Assembly: GCA_014905635.1 (NCBI GenBank)
Contig: JABVCE010000013.1
Coordinates: 744,001-808,000 of the forward strand
Length of the DNA stretch: 64,000 bases
Direction: 5' to 3'
Origin: Scenedesmus sp. PABB004
Taxonomy: Eukaryota
Every line of letters begins with the position of its first letter. The first letter of the stretch is position 1. The notes beneath the pieces were generated by a model. That model worked only from the letters and a program-made list of their open reading frames with translations. It was not told where the DNA came from and made no database searches. Positions 24,362 through 34,974 of this stretch are shown in pieces. A program made the position numbers and the translations under genes.

Positions 24362-26534
24362 TCACCCCGCCGCCGCGCGGGCCGCCAGCTGCGCGCGCGC
24401 CGCCGCGAGCTGCTGCCGCAGCTCCTCCGCGCGCGCCTCGTGCGCCGCCGTCGCCGCCTCGTGCCGCCGCAGCGCGTCCTGCAGGAACGCTGCGTGCGAG
24501 GGCGCCACCTCCTCGTCAAACTGGTCCCACAGGTCGGGCGGCGAGGCCTGCAACGTGGCGGGCAGCGGCAGCGGTGAGTTGGCCGGCGGCCGCGTGCCAG
24601 GGCGCCCGCGCAGCTCTGCCTGCTCCGGCCCGCACCTCGGACTGCAGGTTGATGTGGGCTGGAAGGTCCACGGGGTCCTCGTGCGCCTCCCACATCTGAA
24701 AAAACAGCGCGTCGGACTCGACGAGCAGCCGGGTCAGCGCGGTCAGCGCCGTGAGCCGCACGATGCCCGCCGGCGACAGCTGCTCCGACGCCAGCACCGA
24801 CAGCTCACGCAGGCCGGTCAGGCGCGCCAGCACGTCGCCCGCCACGCCGTCGTCCACGCTGTCGCCGCCCACCACCAGCGACGTCAGCGCGCTCAGCTGC
24901 AGCAGCGCGCTCAGGCCCGCCCGCTCCTGGGGCTCCAGCGCGCCCAGCAGCGACAGCGCCTGCAGCCCCGGGCAGCAGCCGGCGACGCGCGCCAGCTCCG
25001 CCGCGCCCAGCACGGGCCCTGCCGGGCCGCTCTCTGCCTCATACAGGTCTGTGACATCACCAAAACCGTCCTCAAACGCCTCCTCGTCCACGCCCAGCCT
25101 CAGCACGCGCAGCGCGGCGCACGCAGGCGCGCCGACCGCTGGGAACGCGGCGAGCAGCGCGCCGGCAGGCAGGTCGCAGCCGCGCAGGTCGAGCTCGGTC
25201 AGGTGCGGCGACGCGGTGAGGCCCGCGTGCAGCCCCACATACTCGGCGTGCAGCTGCTCGCCATCGCCGTTGCCCACGCCGTTCAGACCTGCCAGGTCGT
25301 CCGCCGACAGCGGATCAAGCACCGCCCGGCCCAGGCGCAGGTGCCGCAGCTCGCACAGCAGCGGCAGCACACGCAGCAGAGTGCGCGTGTCGCCGTTGGG
25401 CAGGCACGAGCCCTCCCAGTCGCCCAGCCACAGCGAGGTGAGCGCAGAAGCGTGGTGGTGCAGCAGGGCCGGGTCAAACGAAGCAACTCCACACACATCC
25501 AGGCTCTGCAGGCGCGGCAGCTCGCGCAAGCTGCAGTCTGCCGCCAGCTCAAGCTGCCCCCATCCCCGCAGCTCCAGCAGCGTCACGCTGCGCGGCAGCG
25601 GCGGCAGCTCCGGTGCTGTTGCCACGTTGCTCAACCGCAGCTCGCGCAGCTCCTGCAGCTGGCTGACAGGGGCCAGGCCGCGGGCCTCGCCGCTGAGCAA
25701 CACCTCCGAATAGCCACCACCATGCCAGCTGGCCCCCAGGCTGAGCGACGTGAGCGCGCGCATGCCAGTCAAAAAGCGCAGGTCTACCTCTTCGGTATAA
25801 CGCAAATGCACGGCCAGTGCCTGCAGCTCGCTCAGCGCCGCGAGGTTGGGAATGGTGAACCTGCGCGGCTGGTGGCTTGCGCTCCAGCCGCGCAGGTGCG
25901 ACAGGCTGAGCCGCGTGAGCGCGCAGGGCAGCGCGTGCGAGCCAGCCAGCAGCGGTTGCTCAGATTCGAACTTTGTCTCCGCAAGCTCCAGGTCGCGCAG
26001 GGCTGCCAGCCTGCTGAGCTCACACGCCAGCGAGCCACGGCACTCGTGCAGCCGCAAGCTGGTGAGCTGCGGGCCCGCCGGCCGCGCCGCGGCGGCACCG
26101 GCGCACGCCGGGTCTGCCGCTGCGCCGCCCGCTGCTGCCGCCGCGCCGTCTGCCGTCCGCGCGTCCGGCGGCAGCAGCTGCGCCCCGTCCAGGCTGAGGT
26201 GCCGCAGCGCCGGCAGCCGCAGCAGCCGCGGTAGCTCCACCTCCAGCCAGGGGCTAGACACCTCCGCGCGCTCCACGTGGCGGCCGTGCCGGCCCAGCCA
26301 CTCCAAAAGCGCCTTGCCCTTCTGCTTGTCGTTTGTGGTGATCTGCACCTCGCTGATCGCCAGCACCGCCGCCGCGCGCCACGCGCGCGACACGCGCGCC
26401 GCGGCGCCGAGGCGCTCCTGGGTGCTCAGGCGGCGGAGCGCCAGCGTCAGCACCTCCGCCGGCAGCTCCTCCCAGCCGGCAGCTCCTCCCAGCCCTGCCG
26501 GCCCGCTGCTGCGCTTGCTGGCACGCTGACCCAT
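24362..26534 (-). CDS. F-box/LRR protein with C-terminal coiled coil (paralog 1)
   Basis: F-box WEELPAEVLTLALRRLSTQERLGAAARVSRAWRAA; many LxxLxxLxL repeats; one late intron (about 24635-24548); last exon ASPPDLWDQF..EELRQQLAAARAQL. Confidence 0.85.
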
Positions 26535-26667
26535 GGCGCTGGCGCCAGCGAACAGGCCTGCGCGCGGCAGCGGCACGGCCGGCGTGAGCGCGGCGCGCCG
26601 CCCGGTGGTCGCCGGCGCCGCCTGGCTGCCCACGCCACTCGTGACCGCTGCCGCCAGCGGTCCATCC

Positions 26668-26972
26668 ACGCACCGGGGAGGCGGAGGGCGCTGTGGCCGG
26701 CGGCGCGGCGCCGCTGCTGCTGCTGCGCCGCGTGCCGCGGGCGCTGCCGCGGGCCCGGCGGGGGCGCTGGGGCCGCGGGGGCGTCGTCGGTGGGGCGCTG
26801 GAGGGCGCGCCCAGGCGCGCCTGGCGCCTGGCGCCTGGCAGGAGAGGCGGGGGCAGCAGCGGCGGCACGCGCTGCTGCGGGGCGCGCCGCGCGGGCGAGG
26901 CACGGCCGGCTGCTCGCGGCGGCGCGGGCCGTGGCGCCTCCCTGTCTTTGGGGAGCCACCGGAGGGTGCGAC
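26668..26972. repeat. ~300-bp duplicated non-coding block, copy 1 (upstream of F-box/LRR paralog 1)
   Basis: Aligns by eye at roughly 80% identity with 30093-30395, same orientation. Confidence 0.85.
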
Positions 26973-27297
26973 GGCATGCGGGGCGCCACGACGCGGCAGC
27001 CCTGAACAGGGAGAACCGCCAGTTTCCCGCCCGCCGCGCTCGGCAACGGACGCGTCGCGCGTGCGGCAGCGGTGGGCTGAGCAGCGCGCGCGACGGCGGC
27101 GCCTCAACTCGACGCTTGCAACTCGGCGAGCGGGGGGCCGCACGGCAGTGGCCCCCAGACGCAACTGCGCACGCACCACACACACGCACACGCCGCCGTT
27201 GCGCGCGCTCCTGAAACGCCCGCGCCGCCAGCAACCGGCGCGCCCGCCCCACCCCGCGCCCACACCGGCCAGCCGCCCCTGACTCCTCCCCGCCGTC

Positions 27298-29896
27298 TCA
27301 GCCACTTGCCGCTGCGCCCGCTGGCGCGGGCGCCACTGCCTGCCCCGCCGCTCCCGCCGCCGCCAGCAGCTGCCGCTGCACGTCCGCCAGCTCGGCCTCC
27401 AGGGCCAGCACCTTCGCTGCCGCCGCTGCGGCCTGCGCCTTCTCAGCCCCAATCAGCCCCGCCATGACGATCTCAGCGTAAGCTTGCAGCCGCAGTGGCA
27501 CTGGCTTGGGGCGCGCGGGCTGCCCCGCCAGGCCGTGCCGCGCGGCGGAGATCTGCGCGGCCGGCGGCGGCGCGGCGGCGCGGCGGCGTTGGAGCGGCAG
27601 GAGCGGCAGGTGTCGCCATGTGCGCAGCAGCGCGTGGCTGGGCCCCACGCCAGTCGACGCCGCGCTGCCGACGCCCGCTCCGCAGCCGCGCGCGGGCACC
27701 CACCATGACCAGGCCTGGGAGGGCCGCCTTGCGGCCAGTGGGCGTCTGCATGATCGGGTCGTCGCAGTTCTCCTCAAAGTGACGGGGGATGTCGACGACA
27801 TCCAGCAGGCTCTCAAACATCCACTCCTCAACGTGCCCCACGGCGCGGTCCACCTCGCGCGAGTGCGCACGCGCCTGGCACATCACCGCCGTGAGCGCGG
27901 TGAGCGCGGTGAGGTGCAGCACCCCGCGCACCGTCAGCGCCTCCAGCCCCACCAGCGACAGCTCGGCCAGGCCCGGCAGCGCTCCCGCCAGCGCCGCCGC
28001 CAGCGCGTCGCCGGACGCCGCGCCGTGCAGGTTTTCGAGCTGCAGCAGCGTCAGCGCAGACAGCGCACTCAGCTCTGCCAGCGACGGCACGCCGTCGTCC
28101 GCGACACAGCCAAACAGCGACAGCTGCTGCAGCCCGGGGCACGCCGCCACCAGGGCGCCCAGCTCGGCCGTGCCCAGCGTGGGGCTCGCGGCGCGGCGGA
28201 ACCAGCCCTCCCAGCCGCCCCCGACGCCCTCGTCCCTGGCCCACATCACCTTGCTCACGCCGCTCTGCCCCAGCTCCAGCACGCGCAGCGCGCCCAGCTG
28301 GCCCAGCTCAAACATCGACGTCAGCGCGCTCCCCGGCGCCACGTCGCCGAGGCGCTCCAGCAGCTGCAGGCTGGTGAGCTGCGGCGACGCGGCGAGCGCC
28401 GCAAACGCGGCGATCTGCTCGGGGCTGGCCGGCGGCGGCGGCGCGTGGGGCTGCGGCTCCGGCTCCTCGCCGTCGCTGTCGCCGTCGAGGTGGTACCCGC
28501 CACAGAAAGGGCAGGGCTGGAGCTGCAGCGGGTTCTGGTGATGCTGCTGCGCCAGCTTTGGCAGGGCGTCGGGGCCCACCACCAGGCACTGCATGGCCTG
28601 CAGGCCCTGCAGCGCGGTGAGCCCGTCTGCCGACCGCAGCAGCTGGGCGTCGCGCCAGTCCTCGCGTGTGCCCGGGCCCACCAGCTCGCACGAGGTGAGC
28701 GCGGTCAGCGGCGCCAGCCAGGCGGGGTCCAGCTCCGCGACGCGCTCGACACGCAGCTCCTGCAGAGCCGTCAACTGGCCGGCGCCGCCAGGCGTGAGAT
28801 GAAGGTCGAGGCAGAACTCCAGCGCCAGCCGCGTGAGGGCGGGCGGCAGCTGGGGCAGGACCACGCCGCCGCCGCCCCTCAGCTGGAGCTCGCGCAGGCG
28901 CGCCAGGGAGCTGACGGCCGCCAGCCCCGAGGCGCCGCTGGCCGCCTGCGTGCAGCGCGCCAGGCGGCGTGCTCAGGCCGCATCCGGGGGCGTCGAGCGC
29001 GCACGGCGCACCAACCAAGCGCAAAGCACACTCTCCACGCTGCCGGCTCTCATGTGCGTGCGCGTGTGCTCCCTGCCCACGCGTGCACCTGGCCGCACCT
29101 TGAGGAACGTCAGCTGCGCCATGGTGCCCAGGCAGGCCAGGTCCGCGCCGTCGGGGGAGACCTCGTCCAGCTGCAGGTGCTGCAGCTCGCGAAGCGTCAG
29201 CAGGCTGGGAATGGCGGCGGCGCTGAACGCCAGCACCCTGCTCGCGACGTCCAGCCGCGTGAGGCTCGCCGGCAGCGGCCCCAGGGCGGCGGCGGTGGCC
29301 CAGGTCGAGAGCCCCCCAGAGGCGGCCAGCTGCAGGTAGCGCAGGCCGGTGCACGACCGCAGCTCGCACAGCACGCCGGCGAGGGTGTCGCCGCGGGCGA
29401 GGCGGCAGCCCTCCAAGCGCAGGAACGCCAGCGCCGGCAGCTGTGCGGCGCCGGGCGGGGCCGGCTGGCCCGGAGCGTCGCCGGCCGGCGGCTGCAGGTC
29501 GATGCGCGCCAGGTTCAGGCGGCGCAGCTGCCGCATGCGGTGCAGCGGCAGCGACAGCGGCAGGCAGCGGGAGGCGTAGCTTGAGCCGTCCACGTCCAGC
29601 GTCACCACCACGCTGCCGTGCTTGGCGAGCCACGCGGACAGGCCGCGGCCACGCGCCGCGAGCGCACTCTCGCCCCTCCACCAGCCGGCCCTGAAGCTCA
29701 CGGCCAGCTCCGCGCACGCCGCGGTAGCGGCGGCGGCCCAGGCCTTGCTGACGAGCGCCGCCACCTTCATGCGCGTGGCCGCGTCCAGGCGCGCCAGCAC
29801 GGCGGCGAGCAGGTCGCGCGGGAGCGGGCCCTCGTCCTCCTCGCGCGCCGCCTCGCTCGCCGCCGCCTCGCGGCGCGCCATCGCGCGGGTGCGCAT
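27298..29896 (-). CDS. F-box/LRR protein with C-terminal coiled coil (paralog 2)
   Basis: F-box LPRDLLAAVLARLDAATRMKVAALVSKAW; WLAKHG; LRRs; about 2 introns; C-terminal VLALEAELADVQRQL. Confidence 0.82.
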
Positions 29897-30092
29897 GCTT
29901 GCGGCGCGGGCGGGCGAGAAAGCTTCAACGGGCGCCGGCAGCGGCGGGCGCTGCTGCTGGTTGCGCCTGCGCAGCAGGCACAGCAGCAGCGGCCGGCGGA
30001 GCAGGCGTGAGCGAGGCGCGCGCCGGCGGTCGCGCGCGGCGCCGCCCGTCCGCCCAAACTTTTGCTAGCGCTCTTTGGTCACCGAGCCAGCA

Positions 30093-30395
30093 ACGCACCA
30101 GGGAATCGGAGGGGCGTTCTGGCCGGCGGCGCGGCGCCGCTGCTGCTGCTGCGCCGCGCGCCGCGGGCGCTGCTGCTGGCCCGGCGGGGGCACTGGGGCC
30201 GCGGGGGCGTCGGCCGCGGTGCGCTCGCGGGCGCGCCCAGGCGCGCCTGGCGCCTGGCGGGCGGCAGGTGGCGGGGGGCAGCGGCGGCACGCTGCTGCTG
30301 CGGGTGGGCCGCGCTGAACGAGGCACGGCCGGCTGCTCGCGGCGGCGCGGGCGGCGGCGGCGTCTCCCTTTCGAGCGGCCGGCGGAGGGGCGACG
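30093..30395. repeat. ~300-bp duplicated non-coding block, copy 2 (upstream of F-box/LRR paralog 2)
   Basis: Direct repeat of 26668-26972. Confidence 0.85.
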
Positions 30396-30444
30396 CGCGG
30401 CCCAGAACCGCGAGGCGCAAGGATTCACGCCGTGGCCCGCGCGC

Positions 30445-32464
30445 TCACGGCGGCGCGCGCTGCCAGCCGTCCTCCTCGTCGTCGGTGTCCGCGCTCGCCG
30501 CCGGCGCCCACCACACCTCGGCGGAGCTGCGGCAACCGTGTGTGGCCGCCGCCGCCGCGAGCGCCTCGGCGTCGCGCTGCGCGACGCCGTCGCAGCCGCG
30601 CACGCGCAGCGCGGTGAGCTGGCAGCAGCCCGCCAGCACGGCCGCCAGCGCCGCGGGCGCCGCGCCGTCGACGCGCTCGAGCGTGAGCGCGCGCAGCCGC
30701 GGCGCGCCGGCGAGCTGCGCCACGCTGCGCGGAATGTCCACGAGGTCGTGCAGCCCGCCCAGCTGCAGCTCCTCCAGCGCGGAGAACGCGCCAACGCAGG
30801 CGAGGTCGCGCAGCCCGCCGGCACCATACACGGTGAGCCGCGTGAGGCACTCGCCGCCCGGCTGGCGCGCGAGCCGCGCCAGGCCGCCCCCGGTCACGCC
30901 CGCCTGGAAGAGCCGCAGCGCGCGCAGCCGCGGCAGGCCCGCGCCGAGCGCGGCGAGGCCGGCGTCCGTGAGCTCGCTGGCGAGGAGGTCGAGCGACGAG
31001 AGCAGCTTGAAGTGCCGCGCGATGGCCGCCGCGACGTCGTCCGCCTCCGGCATGGAGGTGTAGCCGTACGAGAGGCACCGCAGGCCGGTCAGCGGCGCGA
31101 GCGCGGCCACGCCCTCGTCGGTCACCCTGTGACGGGCGCGCGCGGGTCACCGAGCGGCGGCGGCCGGCTGGCTGGCGGCGCACGCGCGCCGTGCTGCGCC
31201 GCGCAGGGCGCGGGCCGCACCTGTGGCAGTGCTTGAGGTGGAGCTCGGTGAGGCCAGTGAGCGCAAGCAGCGGCGCGAGGCCGTCGTCGCCGACGTTGCA
31301 GCCCTTGAGGCACAGCGCCCGCAGCCGCGGCGCGGCGACCGCGAGGTGCCGCATGCCGCCGTCGCTCACGCGTGTGTACGCGAGGTCCAGGCGCGTCAGC
31401 TGGAGCAGGCACGGACCCCCCGCCGCCGCCCCGGCCGGCGCGCCGGCGCCGTCGGCGGCGCCGCCGCAGCCGCCGGCCCGCAGCGCGGCAGCGAGCGCTG
31501 CGAGCGTGGCGTTGTTGGCCTTGTGGCAGCTGTGCAGCGCCAGCGAGCGCAGGGCCGGGCATAACGCAAGGAAGCGCCAGTCGCCGCCGAGCGCGCCGCA
31601 GCCGCCGAGGTCGAGCGCGCGCAGCGCCGGCCAGGCCGGCGCGCGGCCCGCCCACGCGGCGCCGCCGGGCTCGGCCGCGAGCAGCGCGCGGAGCTGGCGT
31701 CCCTGCAGCTGCTCAGGCTGGCCCTGCCCCTGCTGCCGTGGCTCCGCCTCCACCGAGAGCAGCGCAAGCAGGCCGGCGCTCGCGATCGCGCCGTTGCCGC
31801 GCACCGACAGCTCCAGCAGCGCAGCCGGCCGCTGCGCCGGCAGCGCGAGCGCGGCGCCGCAGGGCCAGTCGCCGCGCGTGGCCAGCGCGGTGAGCGCCGG
31901 GCAGGCCGCGAGCACGTGCGACAGCGCGGCGCCGTCGAGGTCCAGCGCCGCCGGCTCGAGCGCCAGGCGGCGCAGGCGGGCGAGTTGGGGCGCGTGCTCG
32001 CTCGCCACGAAGCACAGCACCTCGCCGTCAGCGCTGCCCAGCTCCCACGCGCCGGCCGTGCCCGGCCAGGCCGCCAGCGCGGCGCACAGGCCGTCGCCGT
32101 CGGCGGACGCGTCGCCGCGCAGCGTGGCGGGGCGGCGCGCGGCGCGCAGGGCGCGGCACGCGAGCGCCGCGCGCGCGCGGTCCGCTGGCGGCGCCGCCGA
32201 GAGCACCGCCGCCAGCACCGGCGGCGGCAGGCTCAGCAGACCGCCCCCGTCCGCGGCTGCCTCTGCTGCTGCTGCTGCCGCTGCTGCTGCTGCCTCTGCT
32301 GCTGGCGCCGGTGCTGCTGCCTCTGCTGCTGCTGTGGCTGCTGCTGCTGCCGGTGCTGCTGCCTCTGCTGCTGGCGCTGGTGCTGCTGCAGCTGGCGCCG
32401 GTGCTGCTGCCGCCGCCGCCGTCGGCGCTGACGCTGTGCTGTGAGATCTTTCGTGCGCCATCAT
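30445..32464 (-). CDS. F-box/LRR (FBXL/AMN1-type LRR) protein
   Basis: Ala-rich N-terminus; F-box LLSLPPPVLAAVLSAAPPADRARAALACRAL; Cys-containing LRRs LDLAYTRVSDGGM, LCLKGCNVGDDGL, LHLKHCHR|VTDEGV; one intron at about 31220-31128. Confidence 0.85.
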
Positions 32465-32712
32465 GTGACCGCGATCGAGCGACTGGGCAGGTTGGACGCG
32501 GCAACAGGGGGCGTCGCGCGGAGTCTCCGCGGCGGAGAGCGGCGGACAGCGGTTTCGTGTCGTCGCGACGGTGTCGCCCCCAACTGCCGCCGCCGACGTC
32601 GCCCCGCCTGGCGCGGCCGGCGGCAGTTACGTGCTCCTGTGCGACCCACGTTTGGCTCTACGTAGCGGCGAAAGGGCGCGGCCGCGACGAGCACGAGCGC
32701 GTTCCACGATAC

Positions 32713-33266
32713 ATGGCCTGCGAGATGGCGCCGCTCATCGTGCGGGTACGGCCCAGTTGAGGGGGAGCTCGGGGCGAGCCCGGCGGGACGCGCTTGGCCC
32801 GCACGTGCCCGCGACGCAACAACATCGCCCAACACCGCTGCGTCGCCTGCTGCCCACCGCAGTTCTTCGGGCGGCGCTCTCTGCAGCACGGCCCCGCCCT
32901 GGCCGTCGCGCGCGAGCTGGACGGTGCGCGCGGCGGCGGCGGCGGCGCGCGGGCCAGCCTGGCAGCCCGCGGCTGAGCTCAACACCGCACCGCAGGCGCG
33001 CCGCCGGCGCGGCCGAGGCCGCTCAACCACTACGTCGCGCACCACGCCGGCCGCCCCGCCGCCGTGGCGCCGGGCCTAACCGACGAGGAGCTGGTCCAGG
33101 CGCGTCCGGCGCAGGGCCGCCGTTGACCGCGCGCGCGCGCGCACTTGCACCGCCCGCCGGCTCAGCCGCCGCGCCGCGCCGCGCTGCGCCACACCCGCCG
33201 TCCGCCACGCAGGCGCTCTTCCGCAAGCTCGACAGGGACCCCGGCCACGGCAGCGCGCCGAACTGA
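32713..33266 (+). CDS. Putative small 4-exon gene (~83 aa), unknown function; possibly a gene remnant
   Basis: In-phase splicing gives MACEMAPLIVR|FFGRRSLQHGPALAVARELD|GAPPARPRPLNHYVAHHAGRPAAVAPGLTDEELVQ|ALFRKLDRDPGHGSAPN*, with typical donors and acceptors. Confidence 0.5.
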
Positions 33267-33995
33267 CAGATTGATGTTGACTGCTGCCGCCCTGTGCGCC
33301 CGGTGCGTGCGTGCGCTGTGAGTGTGCGTGTGTGCGTGTGTGTGCAAGACCGCTGCAGGCGTGCGTTGCTTGCGTGTTTGGCGGCACGGCCGCCTGTACC
33401 AACATGTGCATGCGTACCACCATCACGCACCGCCCGCATCACGGGCCGAGGCCGAGGTGAGCCCCGCCCCCTGCCGTCGGTCAGCCACGCGCGGCTGCAA
33501 TTGCAGCTGGCGTGCGCTGCAGGCCGCGGGGGGCGCAGCGCACGCCCTGCGGCGCGGGCGCTCCGCCCGAGGCGTTGATAAGCACGGCGACGTGCCCGAC
33601 TCAGGTCAGCTCAAAACGTGAACGCATTGCTCCTCCTGCTGGTGTTGTGTGCTGCGCCGGCTGAGCGCAGCCCGACGGCGCGCGCCGCCCTCGCCCGCGG
33701 CCCTCTGTGCGGCGCGAGGGCGGGCGCCCGTGCTGGGCGTGCTGGCGACTGAGCTGCGTGCGTGGTGCGACTGAACTTGCTCTGCGCTGCACGCTGGGGG
33801 TTGGGCTGGCGTGGTCAGGCTGGCATAGAGGCAGCAGACTGCAGGGGGCTCTGGCAGCGATGTGACCCGCTGGCATCTGGCTTGGCAGCGACGGCGGCGG
33901 TGGCGGCGACGACGCAACAACAGCGCGAGTAACAGGGCAGGCCCCCGACGCGCTCAGCGCAACGACAACACGCTGCACAGACAGGCCTCTCACGC

Positions 33996-34171
33996 TCACC
34001 CCTGCGCCGAGAGCGCCGCCGCGACGGAGCGCTGCAGCTCCTGCAGCGCGGCCAGGCCCCCGCCCGCCGCCGCCCCGCTTGCGCCCAGCTCGCGAAGCTG
34101 CTGCACCACGCGCCCGCACGTGCCCAGCAGCTGGTCCTCACCAGCGGCCATGGGCGCTCCCTCGCCGCCCA

Positions 34172-34259
<88 letters not shown>

Positions 34260-34943
34260 GCCGTGTGCCGCCGCCGCCCGCGCATCCGCCCGCGTCATCA
34301 GGCTGCTGCTGCCGCCCGCCGCGCCGTCGACCTGCGCCCGCAGGTGCGCCGCGATGGCCGCCGCGCGCGCCACCACCTGCGGCGGCAGGCCCGCCATCTG
34401 CGGCGGCGGCAGCGCCGCCGACGCGTCGGCGCGCCGTGGCGGGCCTGCAGCGCCCCCCGCGCCGCGCCGCGCTGCTCTGGCGGCCGTGCCGCGCACCTGC
34501 GCCACGTTGAGCCCAAAGCTCGCGCCCGCCGCCCCGGGGGTGAGCTTGTATAGAAACGTGATGGCCGGCGCGGCGGCGCCGCCGCCGTTACCCGGCCCCG
34601 GGCCGTCGCCGCCGTCGCCGTCGCCGTCGTGGCGCAAATAGGCCATGTGATACGCCGCGATGCGCGCCGCGATCTCGCCGCCCTCGCCGCGGCCGCCGCC
34701 CGCCGCTGCCGGCGCCCCTGCCGCGCCCGCGCCCGCCGCCGGCCCCTCCGCCGCGGCGCCGCGGCCCTCCGCCGCCGCCGGCGCCCCTGCCGCGCCCGCG
34801 CCCGCCGCGGCGCCGCCCGCCGCGGCGCCCGCCATGGCAGCGACCTCCGGGTAGTGAGTCACAAAGAGGGTGAGGCACTGGCTGGCCGCCACGAGGTGCG
34901 CCAGCGCCGCCGACGCGATCGCGACGCCGTCGTGCGTGGCTGC

Positions 34944-34974
<31 letters not shown>

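Noticed and set aside
27023..27030. E2F-like site TTTCCCGC
   Set aside because: Single short match with no supporting context.
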